A DNA stretch of 64,000 nt, taken from positions 1 to 64,000 of the forward strand of contig NZ_MWQY01000007.1 in the NCBI RefSeq assembly GCF_002087085.1, read 5' to 3'. Both the position numbers and the translations under genes were made by a program. Within the stretch, counting starts at the first letter, position 1. Every line of letters begins with the position of its first letter. Positions 19,378 through 28,989 of this stretch are shown here, piece after piece. Under the pieces are notes generated by a model that saw nothing but the letters and a program-made list of their open reading frames with translations, did not search any database and was not told the origin of the DNA.

Positions 19378-20393
19378 CGGGCCTCCCGCACAAATGCCGC
19401 CGGCAGGCTGTAGATCCCGTAGACCCGATCTCCGTCCTCTTCCGACCGATACAGGAAAACCAGCTCCGGGTCAGTGGAGGAGCGGTACCCCAAAAGGCGC
19501 ATACCTTCGAGTTCGTAGTCGGCAAGCTCTTCCCCGGTGGAATTGAAGATTTTCAGGGTCTCCCCATCCATTCCCACAAAGCGGTCCCGGGAGACAAAAT
19601 GGAAATCCCGTTCGGCGCTTAATCGTCGAACAGACAGGCTGTAGTCGGTCTCATCAACGGAAACCAGCATTACCTTTCTCTCCCCGGTACTTCCGTCGCT
19701 ACGGGCAAGGATGAACTTGTGTTTTCCGTTCCAGGAGGCAAGGGTAGCTGGCGCGAAGGCAAGAAAGTCAACCGAAACCGGGCCCCAGGTAGTGTCGGCT
19801 TCGGGGAAGGCGGCACTGACGATATCTGACAATAAAACATCTCCAAGATTCAGCAGGTTCACATTGTATGTCAAAGTCCCCGTACCAGTATCAGCTAACC
19901 ACTCCGCAACCACCGGGTCACCCTGGGTTTGTATGAGATGCATGATATTGTTGTACACAGTTATAGAAGTCGTACCGAATACATACCCGGGCGTCTGGGT
20001 ACCATAATCGTTGAACATCCAGTTCGTAAAATCATACTCCATCAGGGCCAGTCCCTCGTTGGCCCCGCTCTCAAAAAGTTGTACAAACCAGCCTTTCCGG
20101 TCAAGGGAAACAATGCGCCGGTAAAGAGGATCAAAATACGGGAACCAGAGAGAGAAAAGATTCCCATCATCCAGGTAGAACAGCCCGCCCCAGAAGGTAC
20201 ATAGATACACTCCGCTTCCGTCTCCGTTATCAGGAACCCCCCAGGCGAGGTCCCAGTCGGGATTAAAATTATTGTCCCGCAGCTGTCCTTCGTATTCGAA
20301 GGGAAGCTCCAGGAACTCGAGCTTCTCCTCCAGGTAGGCCTCACAGGAACTCAGCAACAAAAGCAGGGCGGCAACAAGAGTCAGATATCTCAT
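19374..20393 (-). CDS. Hypothetical lipoprotein (aromatic-rich, likely all-beta)
   Basis: MRYLTLVAALLLLLSSCEAYL lipobox; ATGA overlap with the upstream gene. Confidence 0.72.
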   Translation of the reverse strand: MRYLTLVAALLLLLSSCEAYLEEKLEFLELPFEYEGQLRDNNFNPDWDLAWGVPDNGDGSGVYLCTFWGGLFYLDDGNLFSLWFPYFDPLYRRIVSLDRKGWFVQLFESGANEGLALMEYDFTNWMFNDYGTQTPGYVFGTTSITVYNNIMHLIQTQGDPVVAEWLADTGTGTLTYNVNLLNLGDVLLSDIVSAAFPEADTTWGPVSVDFLAFAPATLASWNGKHKFILARSDGSTGERKVMLVSVDETDYSLSVRRLSAERDFHFVSRDRFVGMDGETLKIFNSTGEELADYELEGMRLLGYRSSTDPELVFLYRSEEDGDRVYGIYSLPAAFVREAR

Positions 20394-21598
20394 AGCTTCC
20401 ACCGTATCCCAAGGTTGACCGGCCCGGACCACTGCAGATGCCAGTGCCCCTCAAGATGCACCGGCTGCCCCTTGCCCGCATGGTAATCCTCGAAGGGATG
20501 GTCGTAAAAGGAGCTGTAAAAGAACCGCGGCGTGTAATCCAGAACAAGGCGCAGGTCATCACGTCTGAAAAAAGCCATATCCAGTCCCATGCTTATATCG
20601 ATACCGGCGGTCAGGGTTTTAGACAGGTACATTCCCTCGTCGCCGAAGACAAGGCGGGTCAGAACCCCGAAGCCCATGTAGGGACGTACAGGGTATTCAG
20701 GTCCGAGCCCGTAACCGCCGATACCGGCCACGGGCTGCAGAAAACCCCGGGAGGGATCGGTCCAGAGGGTAAACATATTTTTCAGGCTCAGGATGTTCTG
20801 TTCCAGGGAGGCATACAGGTAGATCTCCTCATCCAGCAGAAAGCGGATGACACCCGCGGCGGCACCGAACTCCCACAGCCGGGCCTTCAGCTCCACAGCC
20901 CATTCGGCATAGGGTACCAGATCAAGAGATCTGGTTTCATCCTTCTCGCCGAAAAGGAGCTCTCCTTCTGCGGGAACATACCCCGGGGCTTCGGCGCGGT
21001 AGGGAAGTATGGACCCGGGAAGAGCGCGAAGCTCGATGAATCCGTTCTGTTCACTTTTCCGGATTCCCTTGTCAAGGACAAGGATCGTTTCCGGGGGCAG
21101 CTTCAGCTTCAGTGTAACGGGAACAGGTCCGCCTTCAGCTTTCGGTCTGCTGAAGATAATGTCCGCTTTTCCCCCTGCCGCTGCAGCACGGGCGGCTTCC
21201 GCCGCGAGGGGAGGAAAGCCCTTTTTCACGGCCGACAGCACCCGGGGTAAAAAGTCCGTCAGAAGCTCTTCAAGATCGAAATCCTGGAAAATATAGGCAT
21301 CGGTAAAGACCTCCTGGTCGGTATACCGGTCAACGCCCCGCACCCAGAGGCTGGAACGGGAGCCGAACTCAAGGCGCCCGGAATAAATGATCGCGTCGCT
21401 CGCTTCAGGGTTTGCCGCGATTTTCAGGGTATCCAGGTTCAGAAGCTCCGCCTCCAGGTTCTCTGCCAGGAGCATCAGCTGCGGATGCTCCTCTTCAGTG
21501 ATGACGGCAATGCTGCGCTTTACCGCCGAGTTGTCCTGGGACCACAGGAACAGCGGGAAGAGACACAGGAGCAGAAGGAGGCGCTTAATCATAGGCAT
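20390..21598 (-). CDS. Secreted protein: periplasmic alpha/beta domain, PEGA-like domain and probable C-terminal beta-barrel
   Basis: Signal peptide; YRAEAPGY (PEGA-like); alternating amphipathic strands ending NLGIRWKL. Confidence 0.65.
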   Translation of the reverse strand: MPMIKRLLLLLCLFPLFLWSQDNSAVKRSIAVITEEEHPQLMLLAENLEAELLNLDTLKIAANPEASDAIIYSGRLEFGSRSSLWVRGVDRYTDQEVFTDAYIFQDFDLEELLTDFLPRVLSAVKKGFPPLAAEAARAAAAGGKADIIFSRPKAEGGPVPVTLKLKLPPETILVLDKGIRKSEQNGFIELRALPGSILPYRAEAPGYVPAEGELLFGEKDETRSLDLVPYAEWAVELKARLWEFGAAAGVIRFLLDEEIYLYASLEQNILSLKNMFTLWTDPSRGFLQPVAGIGGYGLGPEYPVRPYMGFGVLTRLVFGDEGMYLSKTLTAGIDISMGLDMAFFRRDDLRLVLDYTPRFFYSSFYDHPFEDYHAGKGQPVHLEGHWHLQWSGPVNLGIRWKL

Positions 21599-22631
21599 AC
21601 CTGGCCACTCCTCCCCGGATACTCGTTACAAAGATGTCCATTCCCGATTCCGCCAGTTCCGGAAAGGTCTCATTGCCGGGGATATCGGTTTTCAGTTTGC
21701 GCTCCCCGGTCACGTAGTCGTAGATCAGCATGGTCTCTTCGTCTTCAATCGCATCGCCCCAAAGAAGAAGGTACCGGTTGTTGACGGATACGTTGAGCCT
21801 GGATGCCACATAATAGTCGTTCGTACCGTCCGTAAAGAAACGATCATTGAATATCAAATCACTGGTCATCAGAGAGATCCCTGCAGCGGAAATCCAGTCT
21901 GGCGGAGTAATGTTATAAACAGTAAACTGGGCTGAGCCCTTACCGTAGTACCCTGTCCCATTCTGGGCCACAACACGTATCCCAGCACCCTGCGGCATCG
22001 TTCGCAGCGATTGGGAAACAAAGAGTTCTGATGCTGACGCGAGCCTCTCTTGGTCACCCCCGGGATTAACTGCAACATCTGAACTCCAGAAAATACTGTC
22101 AACATGAGTATCAAAGTACGGTATCAATACATAGGCCCTGGAACCAGACTCGGTAATGTGGGAAACCAGAGGTCCGTATGCTGAAATGTCAGCAGGCTCA
22201 AATATCGCCTGTTGTGTATCCTCATCCAGCGTCAGGGTATCGCCATAGCGCAGACCACGGTCCCAGTCTTCGTGCAGAGCGTTAATTACCACCCGCCCGC
22301 TCACGGGATCACGGTAGCAGTTTATCGGCGGAAGACGGTCCTCCCAGAAATCCCTCTCGTATCCCAGGTCCTGGCTGTAAGGGTAATACTGGTAGCTCGA
22401 GAGCCTGCTTGCCCGCAGTACGTAGACCCCCCGGGTTCCCAGCACATAGACCCTGCCGTTGAACTCCCGGGGCCGGGAGACCAGGTGCTGTCCCAGGCTT
22501 ACCGCGTCCGCGAGTTCGTGGTTTATTCCGATCTCTTCGAGCTGATTGATATACCCGTCAAAACCGAGGTATTCACAGGAGGCCAGGAGGAGCGTCAGAA
22601 TCAGCATCGGTATCCGCATCAGTTTTTCCAT
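21585..22631 (-). CDS. Hypothetical lipoprotein
   Basis: Lipobox LLLASCEYL; overlaps both neighbours. Confidence 0.72.
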   Translation of the reverse strand: MEKLMRIPMLILTLLLASCEYLGFDGYINQLEEIGINHELADAVSLGQHLVSRPREFNGRVYVLGTRGVYVLRASRLSSYQYYPYSQDLGYERDFWEDRLPPINCYRDPVSGRVVINALHEDWDRGLRYGDTLTLDEDTQQAIFEPADISAYGPLVSHITESGSRAYVLIPYFDTHVDSIFWSSDVAVNPGGDQERLASASELFVSQSLRTMPQGAGIRVVAQNGTGYYGKGSAQFTVYNITPPDWISAAGISLMTSDLIFNDRFFTDGTNDYYVASRLNVSVNNRYLLLWGDAIEDEETMLIYDYVTGERKLKTDIPGNETFPELAESGMDIFVTSIRGGVARYAYD

Positions 22632-23899
22632 GCCGCCCCCAGGTTTATCAGGACTATACCGCTTTCCCGCACCTTCGCAGGGGTGTAATTCGGGTAATAG
22701 CCCCGGATTCCGATGTGGGCAAGCCAGGTCGGCCGGTTCAGTTCAAAACGAAGCCCTGCTCCGGTCATTAGAGCGCGGAAGGTTCGCCATTCCTGATACG
22801 GGTTGGTGTAGGTATTGATGCGCATGTTGAGTTCCAGTTGAATCCTTCCTTCGGAATCCGGCCGGGAAAAGGGATACCAGCCGAGATGAAACCCAAGCTC
22901 ACTCTCAATAAGAAGATCACCGAAATCGGGAGCAAAGATATGGTCCTCCCAGTAATCCGGCAGGGGAAAAAGCCCCACCGAGGCACCAAGGGTGGCGGAT
23001 TCCCGGAACAGCCTGTAACGCCCCTCGAACAGCAGCCCGAAGGGACGCAGGTAGGAGAAGACAAAGCCCCTGTCCACGGTCATTTCCGGGTAAAGCTCGG
23101 GAATTGATACGGAGACATCCTCGGTACCCGCCAGGCCTTCCACAACCCGGGTATAGTGCCCCGGCTTTTCCACCGTCATGCGGTATCGGCTCTCCGCGGG
23201 GATCTCGAAGCTCAGCTTTCCATCGGCAAGGGTCCCGGGACTTGTGCCGTCATGCAGCAGGAGCTTTGCTTCGGGGTCAGGTTTCGACTGAAGGGTAAAA
23301 AGCACGGTACGGCGAGCCCGTTTTTCGGCCCGTACCTCCCGCAACCTGGCGTCAAGGGCCTGCAGCTCTGCTTCTGAAAGAGGCTCGGTTCTCTCGAGGA
23401 TATCCGCAGCGGCCTGTTGTGCAAGAAGGGGGAAAACAGATTCCAGGTCGTCCATGAAAAATCGCCCCTGGTAGGTCAGGGAGAAGGGCTCCCTGCCCGC
23501 TCCAAAGTCGCTCACCCTGAGAACAAGCCTGCCGAAGAATTCCGAGTTCCGGAGCTGCTCCGCGACAAAAAATCCGTTCACCGCAGCATCTGCCCCCTGG
23601 AGCAGGGCGTATTCCCGTATATCGCCGATCCCGGAATCCCCGGGTTCCCCGAGCTGTGAGGAGCTTCCCAGTCTCTGTACGAGAAGACCGGCGAAATCGG
23701 TACTCAGTCCGTCGGCCCCTTCCAGAGACCCTTCTTCTTCCGTTCCGGCAAGATATTCGGGGGGAAACACCAGAAAACGCCTCTCTGCAGACCCGGCAGC
23801 AGCGTTCTCCTCATGATTTCCCCCGGCATACAGCGAGACAGCCCACAGGAGAAATGCGAGGAGTACTGTAAAGTGGTGTTTCTTCCGGTATATCTTCAT
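22619..23899 (-). CDS. Secreted protein: periplasmic domain, PEGA-like domain and probable C-terminal beta-barrel (paralogue of 20390..21598)
   Basis: Signal peptide; YRMTVEKPGH (PEGA-like); ends NLGAAWKN. Confidence 0.65.
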   Translation of the reverse strand: MKIYRKKHHFTVLLAFLLWAVSLYAGGNHEENAAAGSAERRFLVFPPEYLAGTEEEGSLEGADGLSTDFAGLLVQRLGSSSQLGEPGDSGIGDIREYALLQGADAAVNGFFVAEQLRNSEFFGRLVLRVSDFGAGREPFSLTYQGRFFMDDLESVFPLLAQQAAADILERTEPLSEAELQALDARLREVRAEKRARRTVLFTLQSKPDPEAKLLLHDGTSPGTLADGKLSFEIPAESRYRMTVEKPGHYTRVVEGLAGTEDVSVSIPELYPEMTVDRGFVFSYLRPFGLLFEGRYRLFRESATLGASVGLFPLPDYWEDHIFAPDFGDLLIESELGFHLGWYPFSRPDSEGRIQLELNMRINTYTNPYQEWRTFRALMTGAGLRFELNRPTWLAHIGIRGYYPNYTPAKVRESGIVLINLGAAWKN

Positions 23900-23964
23900 T
23901 CTGCCTGTTACGGTCCTATTATAGTTCATCGGCAGGGGGAAGGAAATAATTCGCAAAAAGTGTG

Positions 23965-23993
23965 TTGAAACCTTCTGCCAAGGCGGCTATACT
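23965..23993 (+). promoter_or_regulatory. sigma70-type promoter of the CNNM/CorB gene and its leader ORF
   Basis: TTGAAA-17 bp-TATACT; predicted transcription start near 24000. Confidence 0.7.
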
Positions 23994-24003
23994 GACTTCG
24001 ATC

Positions 24004-24081
24004 ATGGACGATGACCCCTACCCTCCGTCGCGCAGTTTACCTCTCAATGACAGTTTACCCTCCCCGGAGCCTGTATGCTGA
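24004..24081 (+). CDS. Putative 25-aa leader peptide MDDDPYPPSRSLPLNDSLPSPEPVC (MgtL-like)
   Basis: ATG about 4 nt after the predicted TSS; acidic N-terminus and 7 prolines; the stop overlaps the downstream start (gtATGcTGA). Confidence 0.55.
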   Translation: MDDDPYPPSRSLPLNDSLPSPEPVC

Positions 24082-25358
24082 GCAGCATCATCCTGCTTGT
24101 TACCCTGATACTGCTTTCAGGATTTTTCTCCGCCAGTGAAACCGCCTTTACCTCTCTGTCTACCCTTCAGATCCAGCACATGGTTGATAACCACGGCCGC
24201 CGGGGACGACGGGTCAAGGAACTGTCGGGAAAGCCTGATGTCCTGCTGACAACAATCCTGATCGGCAACAACATGGTCAATATCGGGGCCTCCGCCATTG
24301 CCACGGAAATGACAATCCGGCTTTTCGGAAGCCAGGCCATCGGTATCATGACCGGAGTCCTGACCCTGATCATTCTGATATTCTCAGAGGTAACTCCCAA
24401 GCGTATAGCAATAATCCATAACCAGGGGATCGCCCTTGTTACAGCCTTCCCCATACAGGTCCTGTCGGTCATCCTTTTTCCATTCATCCGCATGATCAGC
24501 CTGATAAGCTCCCTGATAACAAGGTTCTTCTCTTCGGAACGCCGGGAACACCTCTCCATGGAGGGAATACTCCACATCGTCAATATGGCGGGAACCATGG
24601 GTGTGGTAAAACAGTACGAACAGGAGATGATCAAGAGCATTTTCCGGCTCAACGACGTCTCCGCCAAGGCAATAATGACCCACCGAACCGAGGTTTTCAG
24701 CCTCGAGAAATCCCTCAGCCTCACCGAAGCCTTTCCGGAGATGATCGAAGAGGGTTTTTCCCGGATTCCGGTCTACGACAGGGACCCGGAAAAGATCGTC
24801 GGCGTGGTCCTTTTCAAGGATGCCGCCCGGGAGATTGCCAACGGCAGGGGAAGCATTCCTCTTCAGGAGCTTATGCTGGAACCGATGTTCATTCCCACGA
24901 CAAAAAAGATCTCCGATATCTATACCGCCTTTAAGGGCGGCAAGCTCAACCTCGCCGTCGTCATGGACGAGTACGGAGGGCTCGCCGGAATCGTAACCCA
25001 GGAGGATGTAATCGAGGAGCTTTTCGGCGAACTCTATGACGAAAACGAGGAGAAGGGACGGGAGCGGATCCACCACATCAAAGGTAACCGATACCGGATA
25101 AAAGGGGACACCTCCCTCAAACAGATCGAGGACAGTCTGGGGATCGAGCTTCCCCACGGCAAGTATGTCCAGACCATTTCCGGTTACATATCGGAGCTCC
25201 TGGACCGGCTTCCCCAGCGCAACGAGACGGTGGAGACCGAATGGGGAGAACTGACCATCGAGGGCATCGTACGTAACCGCATTACCTCGCTGCAGCTTAT
25301 TCTCAAAGAAGGGTCAAAGAGCTCGGAGCAGAATAACAGCCATTCCTCCGCGATGTGA
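24075..25358 (+). CDS. CNNM/CorB (hemolysin/TlyC-family) Mg2+/Co2+ transporter: DUF21, 2xCBS and CorC-HlyC domains
   Basis: FFSASETA, ILIGNN, FSEVTPK, FSRIPVY and DEYGG...T.ED..EE..GE motifs. Confidence 0.93.
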   Translation: MLSSIILLVTLILLSGFFSASETAFTSLSTLQIQHMVDNHGRRGRRVKELSGKPDVLLTTILIGNNMVNIGASAIATEMTIRLFGSQAIGIMTGVLTLIILIFSEVTPKRIAIIHNQGIALVTAFPIQVLSVILFPFIRMISLISSLITRFFSSERREHLSMEGILHIVNMAGTMGVVKQYEQEMIKSIFRLNDVSAKAIMTHRTEVFSLEKSLSLTEAFPEMIEEGFSRIPVYDRDPEKIVGVVLFKDAAREIANGRGSIPLQELMLEPMFIPTTKKISDIYTAFKGGKLNLAVVMDEYGGLAGIVTQEDVIEELFGELYDENEEKGRERIHHIKGNRYRIKGDTSLKQIEDSLGIELPHGKYVQTISGYISELLDRLPQRNETVETEWGELTIEGIVRNRITSLQLILKEGSKSSEQNNSHSSAM

Positions 25359-25384
25359 ACGGATATAACAAAAGGAGCGGGTTT

Positions 25385-25978
25385 ATGCAGGTAACAGCCC
25401 TGGTCGGGAGCAGAAGAAAAAACGGCAATACCGCGTTCATAAGCAGAAAAATTCTGGAAGCCCTGCGCACCGCTCTGCCTTCGGTGGAAACGGAGCTGCT
25501 TTTTCTCGGAGATTTTGACATCCGGGCCTGCACCGGATGCGAAGGCTGTCAAAAAAGCTGGGACTGTATAATACGGGACGATTACGCCGCTATCGTCTCC
25601 CGCATCGATGCAGCCGACGGGCTGATCCTCGCCTCCCCCACCTACTGGTATTCCGTCACCTCGGACATGAAGCGTTTTATCGACCGCAGCTACAGCCTCA
25701 TCCAGTATCCGGTGAGCCGGCGGGAGTGGATCAGCAAATACTCCGGGACCGGCAAGCTCTGCGTGACCGCCGCGGTCTGTGAACAGCATGACGAATCGAT
25801 GATGGGCAGCACCCTGAGCCTCCTGAATGATTTTTCAAGAGATCTGGGAATCGAAGCAGTCGCCTCGGTCAAGGCAATCGGCCACTTTGACGCGGGAAGC
25901 GTCGGCGGGGATTCGGCGGTTATGGAACAGGCAAAAAGAGCAGGAAGGCTGCTGGCGGAACGTCTCGATTCCCCTTGA
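25385..25978 (+). CDS. Iron-sulfur flavoprotein / flavodoxin family protein
   Basis: GS.RKNGNT, CTGCEGC....C and ASPTYW motifs. Confidence 0.88.
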   Translation: MQVTALVGSRRKNGNTAFISRKILEALRTALPSVETELLFLGDFDIRACTGCEGCQKSWDCIIRDDYAAIVSRIDAADGLILASPTYWYSVTSDMKRFIDRSYSLIQYPVSRREWISKYSGTGKLCVTAAVCEQHDESMMGSTLSLLNDFSRDLGIEAVASVKAIGHFDAGSVGGDSAVMEQAKRAGRLLAERLDSP

Positions 25979-25992
25979 ATCCTCCGGAATTC

Positions 25993-26442
25993 TTATTTCA
26001 GGTCATCCCCGCTGTCGGTGACATCCCGTTCGGGTCTGCTCCCGTGCCGGAAAACACCGGAAAAATCGGAGTCCCCCCGCTGAATCATACCGCCGAAACG
26101 GCTCTTCAGCCAATCCCGGAAAAATATCCTGGTAAAGGGAATCAGCAGCAGAAATCCGAGAAAATCGGTAATTACTCCGGGAGTAATCAACACGATTCCC
26201 GCGGCGAATATCAGCAGGCCGTCTATCATGTCATCCGCCGGGAATATCCCCTGCTGCATGGTGTGCTGGATCTTCATCCAGACCTTGAAGCCTTCCTGCC
26301 GCGCCAGGGCAGCTCCCAGAACCCCGGTACCCAGAACGAGAAGCAATGCCATTCCCGCACCGATGTATGAGCCGATCTTTATCAGAAGGTAGAGTTCAAG
26401 AATCGGCAGAAGGGTAAAAAAGGGAAGCAGGCGTATGAACAT
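25993..26442 (-). CDS. fxsA: FxsA family membrane protein
   Basis: P..ELYLLI..G..IG and LITPGVITD..G motifs. Confidence 0.88.
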   Translation of the reverse strand: MFIRLLPFFTLLPILELYLLIKIGSYIGAGMALLLVLGTGVLGAALARQEGFKVWMKIQHTMQQGIFPADDMIDGLLIFAAGIVLITPGVITDFLGFLLLIPFTRIFFRDWLKSRFGGMIQRGDSDFSGVFRHGSRPERDVTDSGDDLK

Positions 26443-26560
26443 AATCCACTCCTCCTGAAATCAGGGTATCCGGGATCTTCCGGGGGGTCAACGGCCCCGG
26501 GCAGCAAAAAGCTGCCGTAAAGCTTGATAATCGAATACAATTCAATATACTGAAATCGAG

Positions 26561-28257
26561 ATGATAAAAAGGTTTGCCCGGTATACCCTTTCGCATCCCG
26601 CGCTTCCGCTTTTTTTATTCTGTTCTCCTTCACTTTTCGCGGAGGTGCCCCGGAACCTGACGACCTCTCCCTGGATGCTCTCCATGATGATCCTTCTCGG
26701 CGGGATAGGCTTCGGCAGCCTGCTCTTCGTGATTCTCCTGAACCGCGTCATCCGCCGTATTCGCAGGGAGCTGGCGGAGGAGAGCGAAAAATACCGGGCC
26801 CTGGTCAACAATACGGGGCTGATGGTCCTGCTCATAGACCCGGAAACCGCGGAAATCCTGGACGCGAACCCGGCGGCCCTTGAGTTTTACGGATACTCCC
26901 GGGATGAGCTGAAAAGGAAGACCGTATTTGATTTGAACATCGATGATCAGAATACCGTTCAACAGAGGATCCGGCGAGCAGCGGAATCCGATAAATCCAA
27001 TATTCATACCCGCCACCGCCTTGCGTCCGGGGAGATCAGAAACGTGGAACTCTTTATCGGTCCGATTGTTACCGGGGGAAGGCGCTGCAATTTCGCCTTT
27101 ATTCTGGATGAGACGGACAAGATCGAAACCCTCCAGAACCTGGCGGACGAGAAACAGCGCTGAAAATCAAGAATGACTTCCTCGCCAATATCAGCCATGA
27201 GCTTCGGACCCCCCTGAACGGAATAATCGGGATGCTGAGTATCCTGGAAAATCTGGATCTTCAGCAGGAGGAACGCTACTTTCTCTCCCTGGCCCAGGAG
27301 TCGTCGCAGCAGCTTTTTGAAGTGATCCGAGACCTGCTGGACTTCAGTCAGCTCGACTCGGGGGCCCTGGGGCTGAAGAATGAGGTTTTTGACCTTTCCG
27401 AGGCACTGCACATGGGAGCAGGTCTCCTGGCGGCCCAGGCAAAGGAGAAGGGCCTTGAACTGGAGACCAGCATCCATTTTACATATCCCTGGTATCTGGG
27501 AGACAGAAGCAGAATTCTGCAGATTATCGTCAATCTTCTCTCCAACGCCGTTAAATATTCCGATTCGGGAACCATACGCCTGGAAGCCGGAGACCGGGAA
27601 GGGCTGGAAATTCGGGTAATCGATGAAGGGATCGGCATACCGGAATCCCAGCAGGAAGAGATATTCGCATCCTTTCACCAGCTGGAAAGCCCCTACAACA
27701 AACGCGTCAGGGGCGTGGGACTCGGCCTGGCTATTGTCGCGGAACTCCTGAAGCTGATGAAAGGCTCCATATCGGTGGAATCAAAAGAGGGGCAGGGTTC
27801 ATGTTTTACGGTACATCTGCCGGACAATTTCCGGAAGCAGACAACGGAAAGCTTCGTGGAAGAGGGACCGTCAATACCTGCGGACAAAATCGGGGGCAAG
27901 ATTCTTATAGTTGAAGACGAAGCAATCAACCGGATCTACCTTTCGAAAATGCTCTCCGGCCACGGGTTTTCCATAGTGGAAGCAACAGACGGGCATCAGG
28001 CGGTGGAACGCTGTGTAGCCGAATCTCCGGACCTGGTTCTCATGGACATCAGCCTTCCCCGGCTCAACGGTATAGAGGCTACCAGGGAAATCCACGGTAT
28101 GGGAAAATACCGGAACCTGCCGATCATTGCGCTGACAGCCCATGCCCACACCGATGATATTGATACCTTTCTCAAGGCCGGGATGAGCCGGGTAATCACC
28201 AAACCGGTAAAAGAAGCTTCCCTTCTGGAATCCCTTTCAGAATATCTGAAGACGTAA
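26561..28257 (+). pseudogene. Frameshifted hybrid sensor kinase (TM-PAS-HisKA-HATPase-REC)
   Basis: The PAS ORF stops at 27163. The H-box (KNDFLANISHELRTPLNGIIGM) starts immediately in the -1 frame and is continuous with ORF 27232..28257 (NLLSNAVKY, DEGIG, G.GLGL, REC). Confidence 0.85.
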
Positions 28258-28311
28258 AGCCGGGTTTTTTAACAGAAATTAAACATAACAGCTGTAGGAA
28301 ATGGCCCCTGA

Positions 28312-28989
28312 ATGCATTACCATCCTCCCATGACCGGCAGCAGACATACCGGATTCAACCTGGACAGGATAGAACAGTCCCTCAGCTCCTTTCGCAGCCA
28401 TTTTACCGAAATAAACGCCGCCCTTATTATGAGCAGGGAGGATTTTACCCCCCTGATCGTCTCCCAGCTGATGGAGGCCTACGATTTTGCCAACCATTTA
28501 TGGAAGAACAGCATCAACCTCTTTTCCCCTTCCGGACTCTACCATATGCTGGAACTGAACCATATCGTGTTATGCGGAACCGACAAGAGCCGCCGGCTGG
28601 AGTACTTTGCCCATCTGCAGGAAACCCGGGCGAAGTTTCAGAAAAACATAAAATCAATCCTCGAGTGGTACAGAAAGAAGTATAAAAAGCACACACCCTA
28701 CAGGCTTGCAGCGGGATACTACACCCGGGCCCTGAGTCATCCCCAGCTCTTCGTGGAAGGGAATCATCGTACGGAAAATATCATCATTAATTATTATCTT
28801 ATGGGAGAAGGGCTCGGTCCCTATGTGGTATCCCGGGAAACTGCAGTTGAGTATCTGAACCTTTCGGGTATGATAAAATTCAGTTACAAGGGAGAATGGA
28901 TAACCGACATGAAGCGGGGAAAATACGAGAATGTTTTTGGTGAGTTTCTCCGCAACCATGGTGAATCTGATTTTCTTCTGGAGGGATGA
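28312..28989 (+). CDS. Fic/Doc-like protein with a variant active-site motif
   Basis: LELNHIVL and HPQLFVEGNHRT resemble the Fic HPFxxGNGR loop. Confidence 0.55.
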   Translation: MHYHPPMTGSRHTGFNLDRIEQSLSSFRSHFTEINAALIMSREDFTPLIVSQLMEAYDFANHLWKNSINLFSPSGLYHMLELNHIVLCGTDKSRRLEYFAHLQETRAKFQKNIKSILEWYRKKYKKHTPYRLAAGYYTRALSHPQLFVEGNHRTENIIINYYLMGEGLGPYVVSRETAVEYLNLSGMIKFSYKGEWITDMKRGKYENVFGEFLRNHGESDFLLEG

